A DNA stretch of 64,000 nt from Candidatus Thorarchaeota archaeon (GCA_011364905.1 RDNZ01000002.1:64001-128000), one strand, 5' to 3'; numbered from the stretch's first letter, positions 19,880-30,666 are shown. Notes: generated from the sequence alone by a model not told the origin. Program-made: numbers and translations.

Positions 19880-20671
19880 ATGAGTAGGTATTCGGTGGAA
19901 ATTCAACCTGCAACAATTGAAGATGCAGGCACTCTTACAGAAACTTGTAAGAGAGCATTTGAATCTGATTCAGAATTTGGAGCACCCGGGCTAGGTGGAC
20001 CTCCGGGGTACGACTCAGTTGAATGGAATGCTGACAAGATCAGGAATCGCTATCTAAACTTCTACAAAATCCTCGAAGGAAAGGAAATCGTTGGCGGATT
20101 CATTGTCGGTGACAGAGGCCCAGACTACATGGTGTGTGAACGAATCTGGGTAAATCCTGACCATATGCGAAAGAGCATAGGAACGAAAACCTTCAAGCTG
20201 GTCTGGAACCTCTACCCCTCAGCGGACCTGTGGGTCTTGGGAACTCCAGAGTGGAACACGAGAACAAATCCGTTTTATCAAAGCGTAGGTTTTGTTCAGA
20301 TTGGTAAAACACACGATTATTCATGGGACGGCATATACTACGAGAAGAGAATGAAAGAAGGATTCCCAAAGGCAATGTCGAGGATTGAAGAAATTCGGGA
20401 CAGGCAACAGAGAGTGATTGTCGAAGGAAGAGTTGAGAGAATCGTAGGACCTCGTTCAGTAAAATCCCGCAGGACTGGGGAAGACCTAACGGTGGCTGAT
20501 GTGACTCTCTCAGATGACACAGGCTCAATCAAGCTAGTCCTATGGAACAATCAGATACCTCAAGTGAAGATTGACACAAGCATTCGGATTGAAGAAGGGC
20601 ATGTAAAGACCTATCGAGAGGAACTGCAAATGACGGTGGGGCAATGGGGAATGATAATAACTCTGACATGA
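19880..20671 (+). CDS. GNAT acetyltransferase fused to an SSB/RPA-type OB-fold
   Basis: N-terminal GNAT (IWVNPDHMRKSIG, FYQSVGF). C-terminal OB-fold (VEGRV...ADVTLSDDTGSIKLVLW...YREELQMTVGQWG). Confidence 0.82.
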   Translation: MSRYSVEIQPATIEDAGTLTETCKRAFESDSEFGAPGLGGPPGYDSVEWNADKIRNRYLNFYKILEGKEIVGGFIVGDRGPDYMVCERIWVNPDHMRKSIGTKTFKLVWNLYPSADLWVLGTPEWNTRTNPFYQSVGFVQIGKTHDYSWDGIYYEKRMKEGFPKAMSRIEEIRDRQQRVIVEGRVERIVGPRSVKSRRTGEDLTVADVTLSDDTGSIKLVLWNNQIPQVKIDTSIRIEEGHVKTYREELQMTVGQWGMIITLT

Positions 20672-20701
20672 GAATCTCTCACACTTTCTCACGAAACATG
20701 A

Positions 20702-21682
20702 TTAGTAGTCGTAGTATCCTGATCCTTCCGAATAGTAGTCCATGGGTTGTTCAGATCGGCCACGACGGGATCTAATTACCACTAGGCCTACAACTGCAAT
20801 CGCGATAGCGCCGCCGCCAGCAATGACAAGCCTGAGATCAATATCACCTCCAAATAGAGGAGGCGGTGTACTAGGTTCCTCCAAGGATAGTAAATTGATT
20901 TCAGCTACAATTTCATTATTCTCATCGTACTGCCATTGCTGAACCAAAACTCCATTGTCAATATCAACCCAGACAATCGGTCCTCCTTGATAATAGTCCC
21001 AATCATCTGGATTGCCAAAATCAGTATAAAGTCCCTCAAAGACGTAGGTATCAAGAACATAACATTCATACCCTCCGACCTCTTCTGTATAGATGTTAGT
21101 GTCATCTTCCATCAAGAGGAATGTGTATTCATGGTAATCCACTGATTCTACGTAGATGCCATCTTCATAGTAGACCTCTGTATATGTTTCCTCGAATAGT
21201 GTTTCATTGTCAGTTATCGTGTGGTAATATCCATATTCATACATTGTTGTGACTGTGACTTGCTGATACCCTTCCAAGTGAAAGGAATATGTTGTTTCTG
21301 ACTTGACCAATTTACCATTGATATTCGTATAGCTGTATTGATCTATAATATCGATATATCCCGAGTCTTGTGACTGTAGCCGATAGTCTGGTCGATGCAT
21401 GATATAGTGCGTATTGTATGTGTCAAAAAACGTCTGTAGTGATTCGTTGGAGTATGTCTCATAGAGAGTAAACTCACCTTCAAGTTCTATCCCTTCAAGG
21501 GTGAGATTATAGCTATACTTGCCCATGAATCCTCTTCCTTGAGCACTCACTGGTGTAACAAAAAGAAGTGAGAAACACAGTATGCCAATTAACAATGAGG
21601 TTAGTGTAGGTAGTAGGATTCGATATCTTAAACTGAACAACATGGCCTCATTCCTCCACATTTCCATAAACATCACCCCCAT
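20702..21682 (-). CDS. type-I anchored extracellular protein, Tyr/Asp/Glu-rich
   Basis: Signal peptide (…PVSA|QG), beta-rich acidic ectodomain, PSTPPP linker, TM, basic stop-transfer segment, Tyr-rich tail. Confidence 0.7.
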   Translation of the reverse strand: MGVMFMEMWRNEAMLFSLRYRILLPTLTSLLIGILCFSLLFVTPVSAQGRGFMGKYSYNLTLEGIELEGEFTLYETYSNESLQTFFDTYNTHYIMHRPDYRLQSQDSGYIDIIDQYSYTNINGKLVKSETTYSFHLEGYQQVTVTTMYEYGYYHTITDNETLFEETYTEVYYEDGIYVESVDYHEYTFLLMEDDTNIYTEEVGGYECYVLDTYVFEGLYTDFGNPDDWDYYQGGPIVWVDIDNGVLVQQWQYDENNEIVAEINLLSLEEPSTPPPLFGGDIDLRLVIAGGGAIAIAVVGLVVIRSRRGRSEQPMDYYSEGSGYYDY

Positions 21683-21931
21683 AAAAAAAGTCTGGTGGAA
21701 GTATTCCGTTGATTATTGACTCATGAGTTCTTCTTTTTGGATGAGGAAACAAGAAACTGACTTTGACGTCAAGCAAGAAGAGTTCATCAATTTCTCATGA
21801 GTTTGGGGCTGATCGCAATTTCATTTTCCATAGTGAATGGAGGACCTTATCTGGAAACCAATTAGAGGTGGGACCTTCCGAAGCACACCATGGAGAAGAG
21901 ATGGTTGAAGTTGTTAATGAAGTTCACTTAT

Positions 21932-22897
21932 TCATAACTCAAGTGAGATGGAAGAAATGGCTTCCTTTTGCTCTGATGTCAGTTGTATCCTCATAGCCTT
22001 AGCGTTTTGTTCTGCTTGATAGGTCTTGCTAGCCCCTGGTATTGCCACAATTGTGTCCCCATGATATGTTGTCGTCCAAGACAACGCAATCTGCGCGGCT
22101 TTAGCCTCATGTTCGCATGCTATGGATTCCAACGTTTCAATTAAGGCATGTGTCTTCTCTAACTGTCTGCTAAGACGAGACCTTCTAAGTCTGGGCATAT
22201 AGTGAAGAAGCGTTGGACTGTGGTGGAGATTTCCCGTAAGCACCCCTTGTCCTAAGGGAGTGTAAGCAATGATGGTGACTCCTAAGTCCTTTGCAGCTTC
22301 CAAGACACCATTAGTTTCAATGTTTCGATGGAGAAGAGAGAATTGCATCTGGTTGGCCGCGAGGGGAATACCCCATTCCTCAAGAGCCTCGTGAGCCTTT
22401 ATCATCCGACTCTTTGAAAAATTGCTGACGCCTATTGCCCGAATTAATCCAGATTCAAATAAATTTGCCATCTCTTTCATTTGAGTCTTTACAGATGAAA
22501 CTGAGTAAGGCATATGGATAATGTAGAGACCAATTGGATATGGTGCTAACCGTTCGATGCTTTTCCTCGCCGATTTCCTCATTGATTTGGCTCGTTTAAG
22601 TATGGGAAACCATTTTGTGGAAATGACTACATCTTCAGGTTTCACACCTGCAGCTTTCAGCCCCTTTGCAACTGATATCTCTGAATAACCAGAGCCGTAT
22701 AACTCAGCAGTGTCAATCCAGTTCGTTCCGTTTTCTATAGCGGTGCAGATGACCTCATCTTGAGTATCTGGCGGAACAGGTGCCAATAGATACTTTATCA
22801 TCCCTTTTCCACCGGAAAACTCCATGGCTCCAAGACCAATAGGGGTTATTCTTATGTCAGTTTTTCCTAGAGAACGTTTCTGAATAGCCTGGATCAT
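21932..22897 (-). CDS. aldo/keto reductase
   Basis: IGLG, IDTAELYG, STK, IGVSNF, AYTPLGQG, IPGAS. Confidence 0.92.
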   Translation of the reverse strand: MIQAIQKRSLGKTDIRITPIGLGAMEFSGGKGMIKYLLAPVPPDTQDEVICTAIENGTNWIDTAELYGSGYSEISVAKGLKAAGVKPEDVVISTKWFPILKRAKSMRKSARKSIERLAPYPIGLYIIHMPYSVSSVKTQMKEMANLFESGLIRAIGVSNFSKSRMIKAHEALEEWGIPLAANQMQFSLLHRNIETNGVLEAAKDLGVTIIAYTPLGQGVLTGNLHHSPTLLHYMPRLRRSRLSRQLEKTHALIETLESIACEHEAKAAQIALSWTTTYHGDTIVAIPGASKTYQAEQNAKAMRIQLTSEQKEAISSISLEL

Positions 22898-23169
22898 ATT
22901 ATCATCCCTTCATCTTACAAAGAGAGTGGAATAAACTTTGACTCAGGTGCAAAACGAACTAGATTTCCATTTTGTGCAAAGGGAGTATGCTACCACAAAA
23001 AAAGTACATTAGAAATCTCACTAGTTCTGACTCGGTTGAACGAGAGTTACGATGGCGCCTTCCAACGATGTAGACTCGTGGTTCTCTGTATGCGCTTTGA
23101 GGAGAACTGTCAGAGTCATAAACAAGTAGAGAAATAACGATGATATGTAACTGAAATTTCGTGGTCTGC

Positions 23170-25995
23170 ATGAAACCGAAAATCGTCATCGTTCCTCACA
23201 CTCACTGGGACCGAGAATGGTACCTGCCTTTTCAGAGGTTTAGAATGAAACTAGTACATCTTATCGATGAACTCCTAGAGATTCTGGACCATCATAAGTA
23301 TACATTCATGCTTGATGGGCAGACGATTCTAATTGAGGACTATCTTGAGATACACCCGGAGAAGAAGGATGAGTTTTTGAAGAGAATTCGAGAGGGAAAA
23401 ATAGTCGTAGGACCTTGGTACCTTCTTCCAGACGAATGGTTGGTTGGTGGGGAGAGTCTAATCCGAAATCTTGAGTATAGTCAGTCGCTAGCAAAGAGGA
23501 TGAAGATACCCCTCATGGATCTAGCCTATCTTCCAGATCAGTTTGGTCATTCATCAGGAATCCCTCAACTTCTTCATGATCTCACAAGTTTACGAACTAC
23601 TGTTCTTTGGCGAGGAGTGCCATCCAAGATGACAACTGTCCCATTCGCATGGACCTCCCACTCATCGTCAAATGCTGTAATTCGTGGAATATATCTCCCC
23701 AGCGGCTATGGTAACTTTGCCATTCTTCCCGATGACTACGAGGCGTTTGTCAACCTTGTTAGTGACAATGTCACAGAGCTTGAACAATTCTCTCCAGTTC
23801 CAGTCTATCTATTGATGAACGGTTCGGATCACAGATACCCACAAGCCTACGCAATTGACTACGTGAATAAAATGAGAACGGAGGGGCACGACATTTCCAT
23901 TGGATCTCTTCGCGAGTATGCAGACTTGTTGGATCAGAGAATGACAGAAGCAAACCATGTCCCTACACAATATGTAGGAGAGTTTCGTTCACCTGCAAGA
24001 GCTCCCCTCCTCCAAGACACCTATTCCGCACGAATGTGGATCAAGATTTGGAACCAACGAGTTGAGGACAGTTTGACAATGAGAGTAGAGCCTATGAGCT
24101 CATACCTGTGGTTCCATTTAGGCAGACCGTATCCGTATGGTTTCATGGAAACAGCTTGGAAGTGGCTTTTGAAGAACCAACCGCATGACTCAATCTGTGG
24201 CTGTTCAGTTGACCAAACACATAATGAGATGAAGTCCAGATTCTCTTGGGCAGAGTCTATTGGCGAGAGCGTGATTGATGACACTTGTGGAGCCATTCAG
24301 AAAGCAGCTGTTCCATCCGACACATCAAGCCTTCTCGTCTTTAATTCTTCAGGCAGTGTGGCCAGTCCTGTCTATTTCGAGTTTTCTTATCCCAAAGAAA
24401 AGAAAGTCAAAGGAATTCAAGGTCCTGATGGTATTGTCTATGATGTTCAGCCTCTAACCTCGCGACAGGATATCTTCATGGAAACCACAGTTGGACTTAC
24501 AATGGCAAAGATGGGGATGCGGCTTCTTCCAGGAAGGAAACTAATGGACTTCTATATCAACGGCGTGGAGTATTTCGAGGGGGATGAGCCAGGTCTCCTT
24601 GAACTGAGATTCATCTCTGACAGACATCCGGTCGGAGATTTCGATATTGAGGAATTCAAGCGTGAAGCAAGAAGTATGATTGAAAGTAAGCGGTTCAAGA
24701 AAGTCCATTTGGTTGCTGCTCGTCCCACTCAGAGTGTTTACGCATCTATGGTCCCATTGCAACCATGGTCATTTACTCAGCTTATTCCTATCCCTGAAAC
24801 CCCTAGCACCAAAGAGGAGTTAGAATGGACTGCAGAAGGCAACAAGGTTGAGAACAAGTTCTACTCCGTTTCATTCAACAGGGATGGTTCTCTGAATCTT
24901 TTAGACAAGGAAACGGAAACTGTGTATAGTAGGGTCCATGTGTTCGAAGATATGGGTGATAGAGGAGACGAGTATACGTTTGGTAGAGTGGAGCCAGAGA
25001 AAGAAAAGGTAAAGAGTATTAAAAGAACCCTAATCACAACCGGACCGATCTTTGCTGAGATACATCAGACCATGCTGCTTGAAGTGTTTGAGAGCATCGA
25101 TGTAAAGCGGGAGAAGAGAGTTGGAGCTACAACAATTCCAGTTGAATCCACATTCAGATTTTACCGCGACAGTCCAAGGATAGAAGTAACAACGAGGATA
25201 GTCAATAAAGCGAAAGATCATAGATTGAGGGTTTGCTTTGAACTCCCCTTTGTGTCCGAGGAAACCATCACCTCGACTCACTTCGGATGTATTCTTCGAA
25301 ACGGTTCTGCGGAAACAATCCCGCTTGAGAATGAACTTGAGAGAACAAAATCCACTTTTCCTGAAAAGCCCTCTGGAATACAACCACAGAAGCAGTTCAT
25401 TCGTGTTGAGAGTGACACAGGAGAAGACGCCATTACGATATTGAACAGAGGCCTTCCGGAAGTCGAACTTATTGAGGGGAATCGAGTGGCGGTAACTCTC
25501 ATAAGATCCATTGGATGGTTGTCAAGATCCGACAATCCAGCAAGACCTATCCATGCAGGACCTTCAGAAGAAACGCCAGGAGCTCAAGAATTTAACTCTG
25601 AATACGAGTTCAACTATGCCTTTTTGGCTCATACGAAAGACGTACCAATCCATGAGAGCGCAGAACATGCTGACACTTTCTCGGACAAACCGATGGTGAT
25701 TTCTTTCAATGAAGCAGAGCCACCAAACGCACTAACAGAGTCAATCATTCGACTCGATAACCCATATGTGAGAATATCATCCCTAAGAGTCAAAGATGAG
25801 GCCCTTCTTATGACACTATACAACATAAACAACTCAGAAACCTCGGTACTCGTTGATATATCTGAGAGAATCGATAAGGCATCTGAGGTTCGACTTGACG
25901 GATCAGAAAAGGAGGAGATCCGGATCACGGACCATACACTGAAGCTAGTCTTCAAACCGCGAGAGATTAAAATGTGCAAGCTTGAAACGAACTGA
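23170..25995 (+). CDS. glycoside hydrolase family 38 alpha-mannosidase-like
   Basis: HTHWDREWY, LDGQ, LPDQFGH (nucleophile), NGSDH, QPHDSICGCS. Confidence 0.9.
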   Translation: MKPKIVIVPHTHWDREWYLPFQRFRMKLVHLIDELLEILDHHKYTFMLDGQTILIEDYLEIHPEKKDEFLKRIREGKIVVGPWYLLPDEWLVGGESLIRNLEYSQSLAKRMKIPLMDLAYLPDQFGHSSGIPQLLHDLTSLRTTVLWRGVPSKMTTVPFAWTSHSSSNAVIRGIYLPSGYGNFAILPDDYEAFVNLVSDNVTELEQFSPVPVYLLMNGSDHRYPQAYAIDYVNKMRTEGHDISIGSLREYADLLDQRMTEANHVPTQYVGEFRSPARAPLLQDTYSARMWIKIWNQRVEDSLTMRVEPMSSYLWFHLGRPYPYGFMETAWKWLLKNQPHDSICGCSVDQTHNEMKSRFSWAESIGESVIDDTCGAIQKAAVPSDTSSLLVFNSSGSVASPVYFEFSYPKEKKVKGIQGPDGIVYDVQPLTSRQDIFMETTVGLTMAKMGMRLLPGRKLMDFYINGVEYFEGDEPGLLELRFISDRHPVGDFDIEEFKREARSMIESKRFKKVHLVAARPTQSVYASMVPLQPWSFTQLIPIPETPSTKEELEWTAEGNKVENKFYSVSFNRDGSLNLLDKETETVYSRVHVFEDMGDRGDEYTFGRVEPEKEKVKSIKRTLITTGPIFAEIHQTMLLEVFESIDVKREKRVGATTIPVESTFRFYRDSPRIEVTTRIVNKAKDHRLRVCFELPFVSEETITSTHFGCILRNGSAETIPLENELERTKSTFPEKPSGIQPQKQFIRVESDTGEDAITILNRGLPEVELIEGNRVAVTLIRSIGWLSRSDNPARPIHAGPSEETPGAQEFNSEYEFNYAFLAHTKDVPIHESAEHADTFSDKPMVISFNEAEPPNALTESIIRLDNPYVRISSLRVKDEALLMTLYNINNSETSVLVDISERIDKASEVRLDGSEKEEIRITDHTLKLVFKPREIKMCKLETN

Positions 25996-26008
25996 GACAA
26001 ATCCAAAA

Positions 26009-26308
26009 CTAGTGATTTCCTTCAACATCAGATTTGGTCCAGTTTGGTTCGGGAGCCTCCAGAAACACCCACATGACAAAGCCTCGTTTGTTTCGAGATA
26101 GAGCAGGGATGAAACTTGGACTAAAACCATGTTCAACTGTGAACTTCTGTTCCCATGCTTGTATCAAATCGCCGAATGGAAAAGTATCATCATTGATCAT
26201 CTCTCGTCCTTGGGCTTCATCTATACCAAGATTCAATAAAATCCAACGACGCCACTTCTCAGGAGTTTGGGGATACTTTATTCGACTATTCAAATCATAG
26301 GGAGTCAT
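26009..26308 (-). CDS. hypothetical protein
   Basis: A 99-aa ORF filling the gap downstream of GH38. No motif recognised. Confidence 0.45.
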   Translation of the reverse strand: MTPYDLNSRIKYPQTPEKWRRWILLNLGIDEAQGREMINDDTFPFGDLIQAWEQKFTVEHGFSPSFIPALSRNKRGFVMWVFLEAPEPNWTKSDVEGNH

Positions 26309-26644
26309 AATCTAATGCAGTTGATTTCATGATATGAAACCTTCCTTTGAAATTTCAAGAAGTCAATGATCTGGAGGGGCAATCTTTTTGGAATTCCAGA
26401 AGTAAAAAGCCATAGCAACAGCCAATATGAAAAGACTTACATCTACGACAGAAATCCATCGACTACTAATCATAGAACCATTTGGAGAGGTTGGATCATG
26501 TGGGGAGGCAGATCGTCTTGTTGTAGTAGGTGTGGAGAACGACCTATCCAAACACCAACTCGAAAGTCCTTCATCGTCTCATAAATCCATTTGTTCTGGA
26601 TTACGAAAGATAATAATGAAGGTTAGATTTCGGTTTGTCCTGCA

Positions 26645-28690
26645 ATGACCGCTAATCCCCCCTATCTGGACGAAAAAACCGAGATTGAGAACAGAGTAAG
26701 TGATTTATTATCCAGACTTACACTGAAAGAGAAGTTCATGCTTCTCACCAGTCATGGAAGATTACGACTGTATACGACCAAACCAATCAAGAGGTTGAGG
26801 ATACCCTCATTAAAAATGACCGATGGACCTCTGGGTGTGGCAATGCATTCAAGCGGTTTCAAGAAGAATTCTAGATTTCCTGCTACCGTGTCACTGGCAG
26901 CGACGTGGAATAGATCTCTTATGCATGATATTGGAATAGCTATGGCGAAGGAGGTGAGAGCAGTCGGAAGACATATTCTCCTCGCGCCAGGCATAAACAT
27001 ATGCAGAACACCTCTGAATGGGAGAACGTTCGAGTATTTCAGCGAGGACCCCTACCTGACCAAGGAGTTGGCAATCGTCCTCGTAAAGGGCATCCAGAGC
27101 CAACGGGTTGCAGCCTGCCTCAAGCATTACGCAGCTAATAATCAAGAAACAGATCGGAGAATTTGCAGTTCTGAAGTAGACGAACGTACGCTGAATGAAA
27201 TCTATCTTCGTGCGTTCAAGGGAGTTGTCGAGAATGCAGACCCATGGGCAGTCATGACCTGCTATAACATGGTCAATAGTGTCTACGGTTGTGAGAACAA
27301 GTATCTCCTTCAAGATACATTACTGGACAAGTGGAACTACGATGGGGTTGTTGTGACGGATTGGTTTGCCTCAAGGGGCGTCGCAACGACAGAAGGGTGT
27401 ATGAACGCAGGACTAACCCTGGAAATGCCTTGGCCTAGTAAGTATAAGCAGAAAGCACTACGAAAGGCTTACGATGAGCACAAATTCTCGGAAGATACTC
27501 TAAATGACCGGGTAGAGAGAAACCTTCGTGTGATGATGCTGACTGGGCTATTTGATAGCCCTGAAAACCTGCCAACAGGCCAACGAAATACTTTGGAACA
27601 TCAGAAACTCGTCAGTCGTGCAGCTGAGGAGGGAATGGTGTTGTTGAAGAACAAAGACAACTTACTTCCTCTTGACATTAATAGCCTCAAGAGAATAAGC
27701 CTGCATGGTCCAAATCTACGCAAGAGATTCGGCAGGCTACTCAGTGGCGGCTCGTCAGCAGTAAGTCCGCCTTATGAAGTGACTCCACTTGAAGGTATTT
27801 CCGAAAAAGTTGATGGCAGGATAGAGCTAGCAATAAATGACAGATTGAAACAGGTTTTTTCTGATGTCGCTATTGTATTCGCGGGGTTGAATCATGGAAA
27901 AGGAGGAGACACCGAATCCAAGGATAGGAGCTCTTTAGACCTCGACAAAAAGCAGGTCGAGGAAATCAAAAGAGTTGCAAATGAACATCAGAATACGGTT
28001 GTGTGTGTGATTGCAGGGAGCCCAATTGCCATGGATGAGTGGATTGATGAGGTGGAAGCAGTTCTCATTTGCTGGTATGGCGGAATGGAAGCAGGCCATG
28101 CGATTGCCAATATCCTCTTTGGAGATGTGAACCCTTCAGGAAAACTTCCTTTGACATTTCCACGAAGGTTGGAAGACTCTCCTGCTCATAGCACTGGTGA
28201 AAGAAGAAACTATCCGGGTGATGAGGAGAAGAGAGTCTATTATGATGAGGGTGTTTTTGTGGGATACCGTTGGTTCGACCAAAAGAAGATTGAACCACTC
28301 TTTCCATTTGGATTCGGGCTCTCTTACACACAATTCGAGTTCAGTTCTATCAATGTGAACAGACAGCGGATATCAAAGGAAAAAGATGCAATACTTCTTG
28401 GAGTTGATGTGACCAACGTAGGAGAACGGGCAGGGTCTGAGGTCATTCAAATCTATTCCAGGGATATGAAGGCATCTGTCAAGCGACCACCACGAGAGTT
28501 GGCGGGTTTTGAAAAAATCCACCTAGGACCGGAGGAAACGAAGACAGCAGCCATCACGGTGAAAGCTCAGGACCTTGCATTCTTTGATCCTAAGAAACAT
28601 GATTGGAGTATAGAACCTGGAGATTTCAAACTGTTCGTAGGCAGGTCATCAAGAGACCTACTTGGAGATGTTGATATCTCATACGGATAG
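26645..28690 (+). CDS. glycoside hydrolase family 3 beta-glucosidase
   Basis: TDGPLG, LAPGINICR, EYFSEDP, KHYAANN, VTDW (nucleophile), PFGFGLSYT, C-terminal Fn3-like domain. Confidence 0.93.
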   Translation: MTANPPYLDEKTEIENRVSDLLSRLTLKEKFMLLTSHGRLRLYTTKPIKRLRIPSLKMTDGPLGVAMHSSGFKKNSRFPATVSLAATWNRSLMHDIGIAMAKEVRAVGRHILLAPGINICRTPLNGRTFEYFSEDPYLTKELAIVLVKGIQSQRVAACLKHYAANNQETDRRICSSEVDERTLNEIYLRAFKGVVENADPWAVMTCYNMVNSVYGCENKYLLQDTLLDKWNYDGVVVTDWFASRGVATTEGCMNAGLTLEMPWPSKYKQKALRKAYDEHKFSEDTLNDRVERNLRVMMLTGLFDSPENLPTGQRNTLEHQKLVSRAAEEGMVLLKNKDNLLPLDINSLKRISLHGPNLRKRFGRLLSGGSSAVSPPYEVTPLEGISEKVDGRIELAINDRLKQVFSDVAIVFAGLNHGKGGDTESKDRSSLDLDKKQVEEIKRVANEHQNTVVCVIAGSPIAMDEWIDEVEAVLICWYGGMEAGHAIANILFGDVNPSGKLPLTFPRRLEDSPAHSTGERRNYPGDEEKRVYYDEGVFVGYRWFDQKKIEPLFPFGFGLSYTQFEFSSINVNRQRISKEKDAILLGVDVTNVGERAGSEVIQIYSRDMKASVKRPPRELAGFEKIHLGPEETKTAAITVKAQDLAFFDPKKHDWSIEPGDFKLFVGRSSRDLLGDVDISYG

Positions 28691-28733
28691 AATTGTATAA
28701 GGAGATAATATAAGTGGCCAAAACCCTGCTTGA

Positions 28734-30167
28734 GTGAAGGCTGCTTCTATGGGTAGGATAACAGCATTCTTTGGTCTTGAAGATGCAAGACCAGCTGTAG
28801 TCAGGCTGGCTTCCAAGTATGCATCACTCTCGATCCTGATGCAAGCTACCCTTACGATATCTTCTACGTTCTATCTCATCTTTGTGGCGACAGCAATTGG
28901 CGATGGAAACTTCATCACTGGGATGACATTCATTGGTATTCTTGTTGTATTTGAGATGGCAGTCCAGACTCTCTTCGACTACCCGACAGGTGTGATAGGA
29001 GATTGGATCGGTCAACACTATATCTTGGCGACATCGTTTTTCACATATGCTTTAGCCTTCTACCTTGTTTCTCTCGTCACATATCAAAGCCCCTTCATCA
29101 ACCTGATTATTATCTATTCACTGATGGGTTTCGCCGGTTCACAGCAGAGCGGAGCCCTAGGTAGCTGGTTTGACAACAACTGGCGTGTTGCTATGGTCGA
29201 GGACGAGGGACGCAAGCAATATGGTGTGTTTATAGGAAAAATGGAAATGCTGTCATGGCTAACCAATGTTCTATTTCTGATTCCAGGCAGTATTCTTGCA
29301 GCAATCTTCAGACGAGCATGGGTGTTTCAACTTCAAGCAGTCCTTTGCGCAGTAATAGCAGTCCTTGCGGCTATACTTGTACGGAATCTTCCTGAAACTG
29401 AGGAGAATAGGCAGACTAGACCTACATTAGATGAGTATTTCTCCCTTCTCAGAGAGGGAATACAATATTTGTTCAGTAGCAGGTATGTCACGTATTTACT
29501 CCTCGGCTCGATGCTGATGAATAGCTGTCTTTCTGTCTGGGCCAACCTGATTCTCTTTCCGATGTACTATAGCTATATGTTGACTGATGTTGCAGTGGCA
29601 AGTTTTCGAACACTCGTGATGATTCCTTTGGTCGTGTATTCGGAGCGATCTGGCGTCTGGGCCAAGAGATTCAAGCCTGAAAATTGGATCTCAAGATTTC
29701 GTTTCATCGGAACAGGAGGGGCTGTATTCTTCTGGATTTTTGCCACCATAATGCTGGTATTCCCAGTCCCCCCTCCCAACTCTCCGATGATTGAGTATTT
29801 TCTCCCTGGAACTGATATCCTACTGCTTAGTGTTCCAGTCGATTCACTGCTTCCTGTGTTAATGATGATCATAGTATTCTACACATTGGGGATATTCTTT
29901 CAGATTGCCAATGTTCTTACATCACGGGTATTTGTTGATGCAATCCCCAATCGAGTTCGCAATGGAGTCTACTCGCTCTTCCCAACGGTCGTTTTGCTTC
30001 TCAGTATCCCACAGATTGCCGCTTTTGGCTGGTTGATATCGGTAGCGCCTATCTCATTGACCCTTCTACTCACAGGTTTGATCTCAACTGTAGGCGTGAT
30101 TATGATCCGCCTCGCTTTTCAACAACCAAGACCGGGGGAAGAACCCATTGATGAGATACTAATCTAA
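28734..30167 (+). CDS. MFS transporter
   Basis: DYPTGVIGDWIG, SGALGSWF, IPNRVRNG, many TMs. Confidence 0.82.
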   Translation: MKAASMGRITAFFGLEDARPAVVRLASKYASLSILMQATLTISSTFYLIFVATAIGDGNFITGMTFIGILVVFEMAVQTLFDYPTGVIGDWIGQHYILATSFFTYALAFYLVSLVTYQSPFINLIIIYSLMGFAGSQQSGALGSWFDNNWRVAMVEDEGRKQYGVFIGKMEMLSWLTNVLFLIPGSILAAIFRRAWVFQLQAVLCAVIAVLAAILVRNLPETEENRQTRPTLDEYFSLLREGIQYLFSSRYVTYLLLGSMLMNSCLSVWANLILFPMYYSYMLTDVAVASFRTLVMIPLVVYSERSGVWAKRFKPENWISRFRFIGTGGAVFFWIFATIMLVFPVPPPNSPMIEYFLPGTDILLLSVPVDSLLPVLMMIIVFYTLGIFFQIANVLTSRVFVDAIPNRVRNGVYSLFPTVVLLLSIPQIAAFGWLISVAPISLTLLLTGLISTVGVIMIRLAFQQPRPGEEPIDEILI

Positions 30168-30177
30168 CGAACAAGTA

Positions 30178-30666
30178 TCAATCATTACTCATGAAAGCAG
30201 TCGCCTGTCGATAGCGAGTGTCTTTCACATAGTCGTACGATGCAATCTTCTTTGGAGTCACAATAACTGTGACCCATTTTGTTAGTTTGAAGAGACCGTC
30301 ACGATAGTCGACTGCTCGCTGACTACTCATTCGACGATTGAAGACTTTCAAAGCGGTTTCCTCAATACCTTCATCGGTGAGTGTCGCCTCTCCATAGATT
30401 ATCACTCCACGGGTCGGAGGGCCTTCATCATCAACAAGAACTGTCACTCGATTGTCACGTTGAATGTTCTTTGCCTTCACACTATTATAGGGAGTACCAA
30501 AGAACAGTTGCCCGCCCTCGTAATAGTACCATACTGGAGTAGCATGAATGGTTCCATCTTTGTTATGTGTGCAAACTCGTGCAACAGTCATGTAGTTCAA
30601 AAATTCAAGTACTTCATCCGGTGAAAGAGAGGGAGATTGAGTATATGACACGGTTCTCACACACAT
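30178..30666 (-). CDS. pyridoxamine 5'-phosphate oxidase (PPOX) family protein
   Basis: ARVCTHNKDGTIHATPVWY, KAKNIQRDNRVTVLVD. Confidence 0.85.
   Translation of the reverse strand: MCVRTVSYTQSPSLSPDEVLEFLNYMTVARVCTHNKDGTIHATPVWYYYEGGQLFFGTPYNSVKAKNIQRDNRVTVLVDDEGPPTRGVIIYGEATLTDEGIEETALKVFNRRMSSQRAVDYRDGLFKLTKWVTVIVTPKKIASYDYVKDTRYRQATAFMSND

Noticed and set aside
21763-21996. 77-aa plus-strand ORF
   Set aside because: It overlaps the aldo/keto reductase 3' end, has a TTG start with no RBS, and shows no motif.
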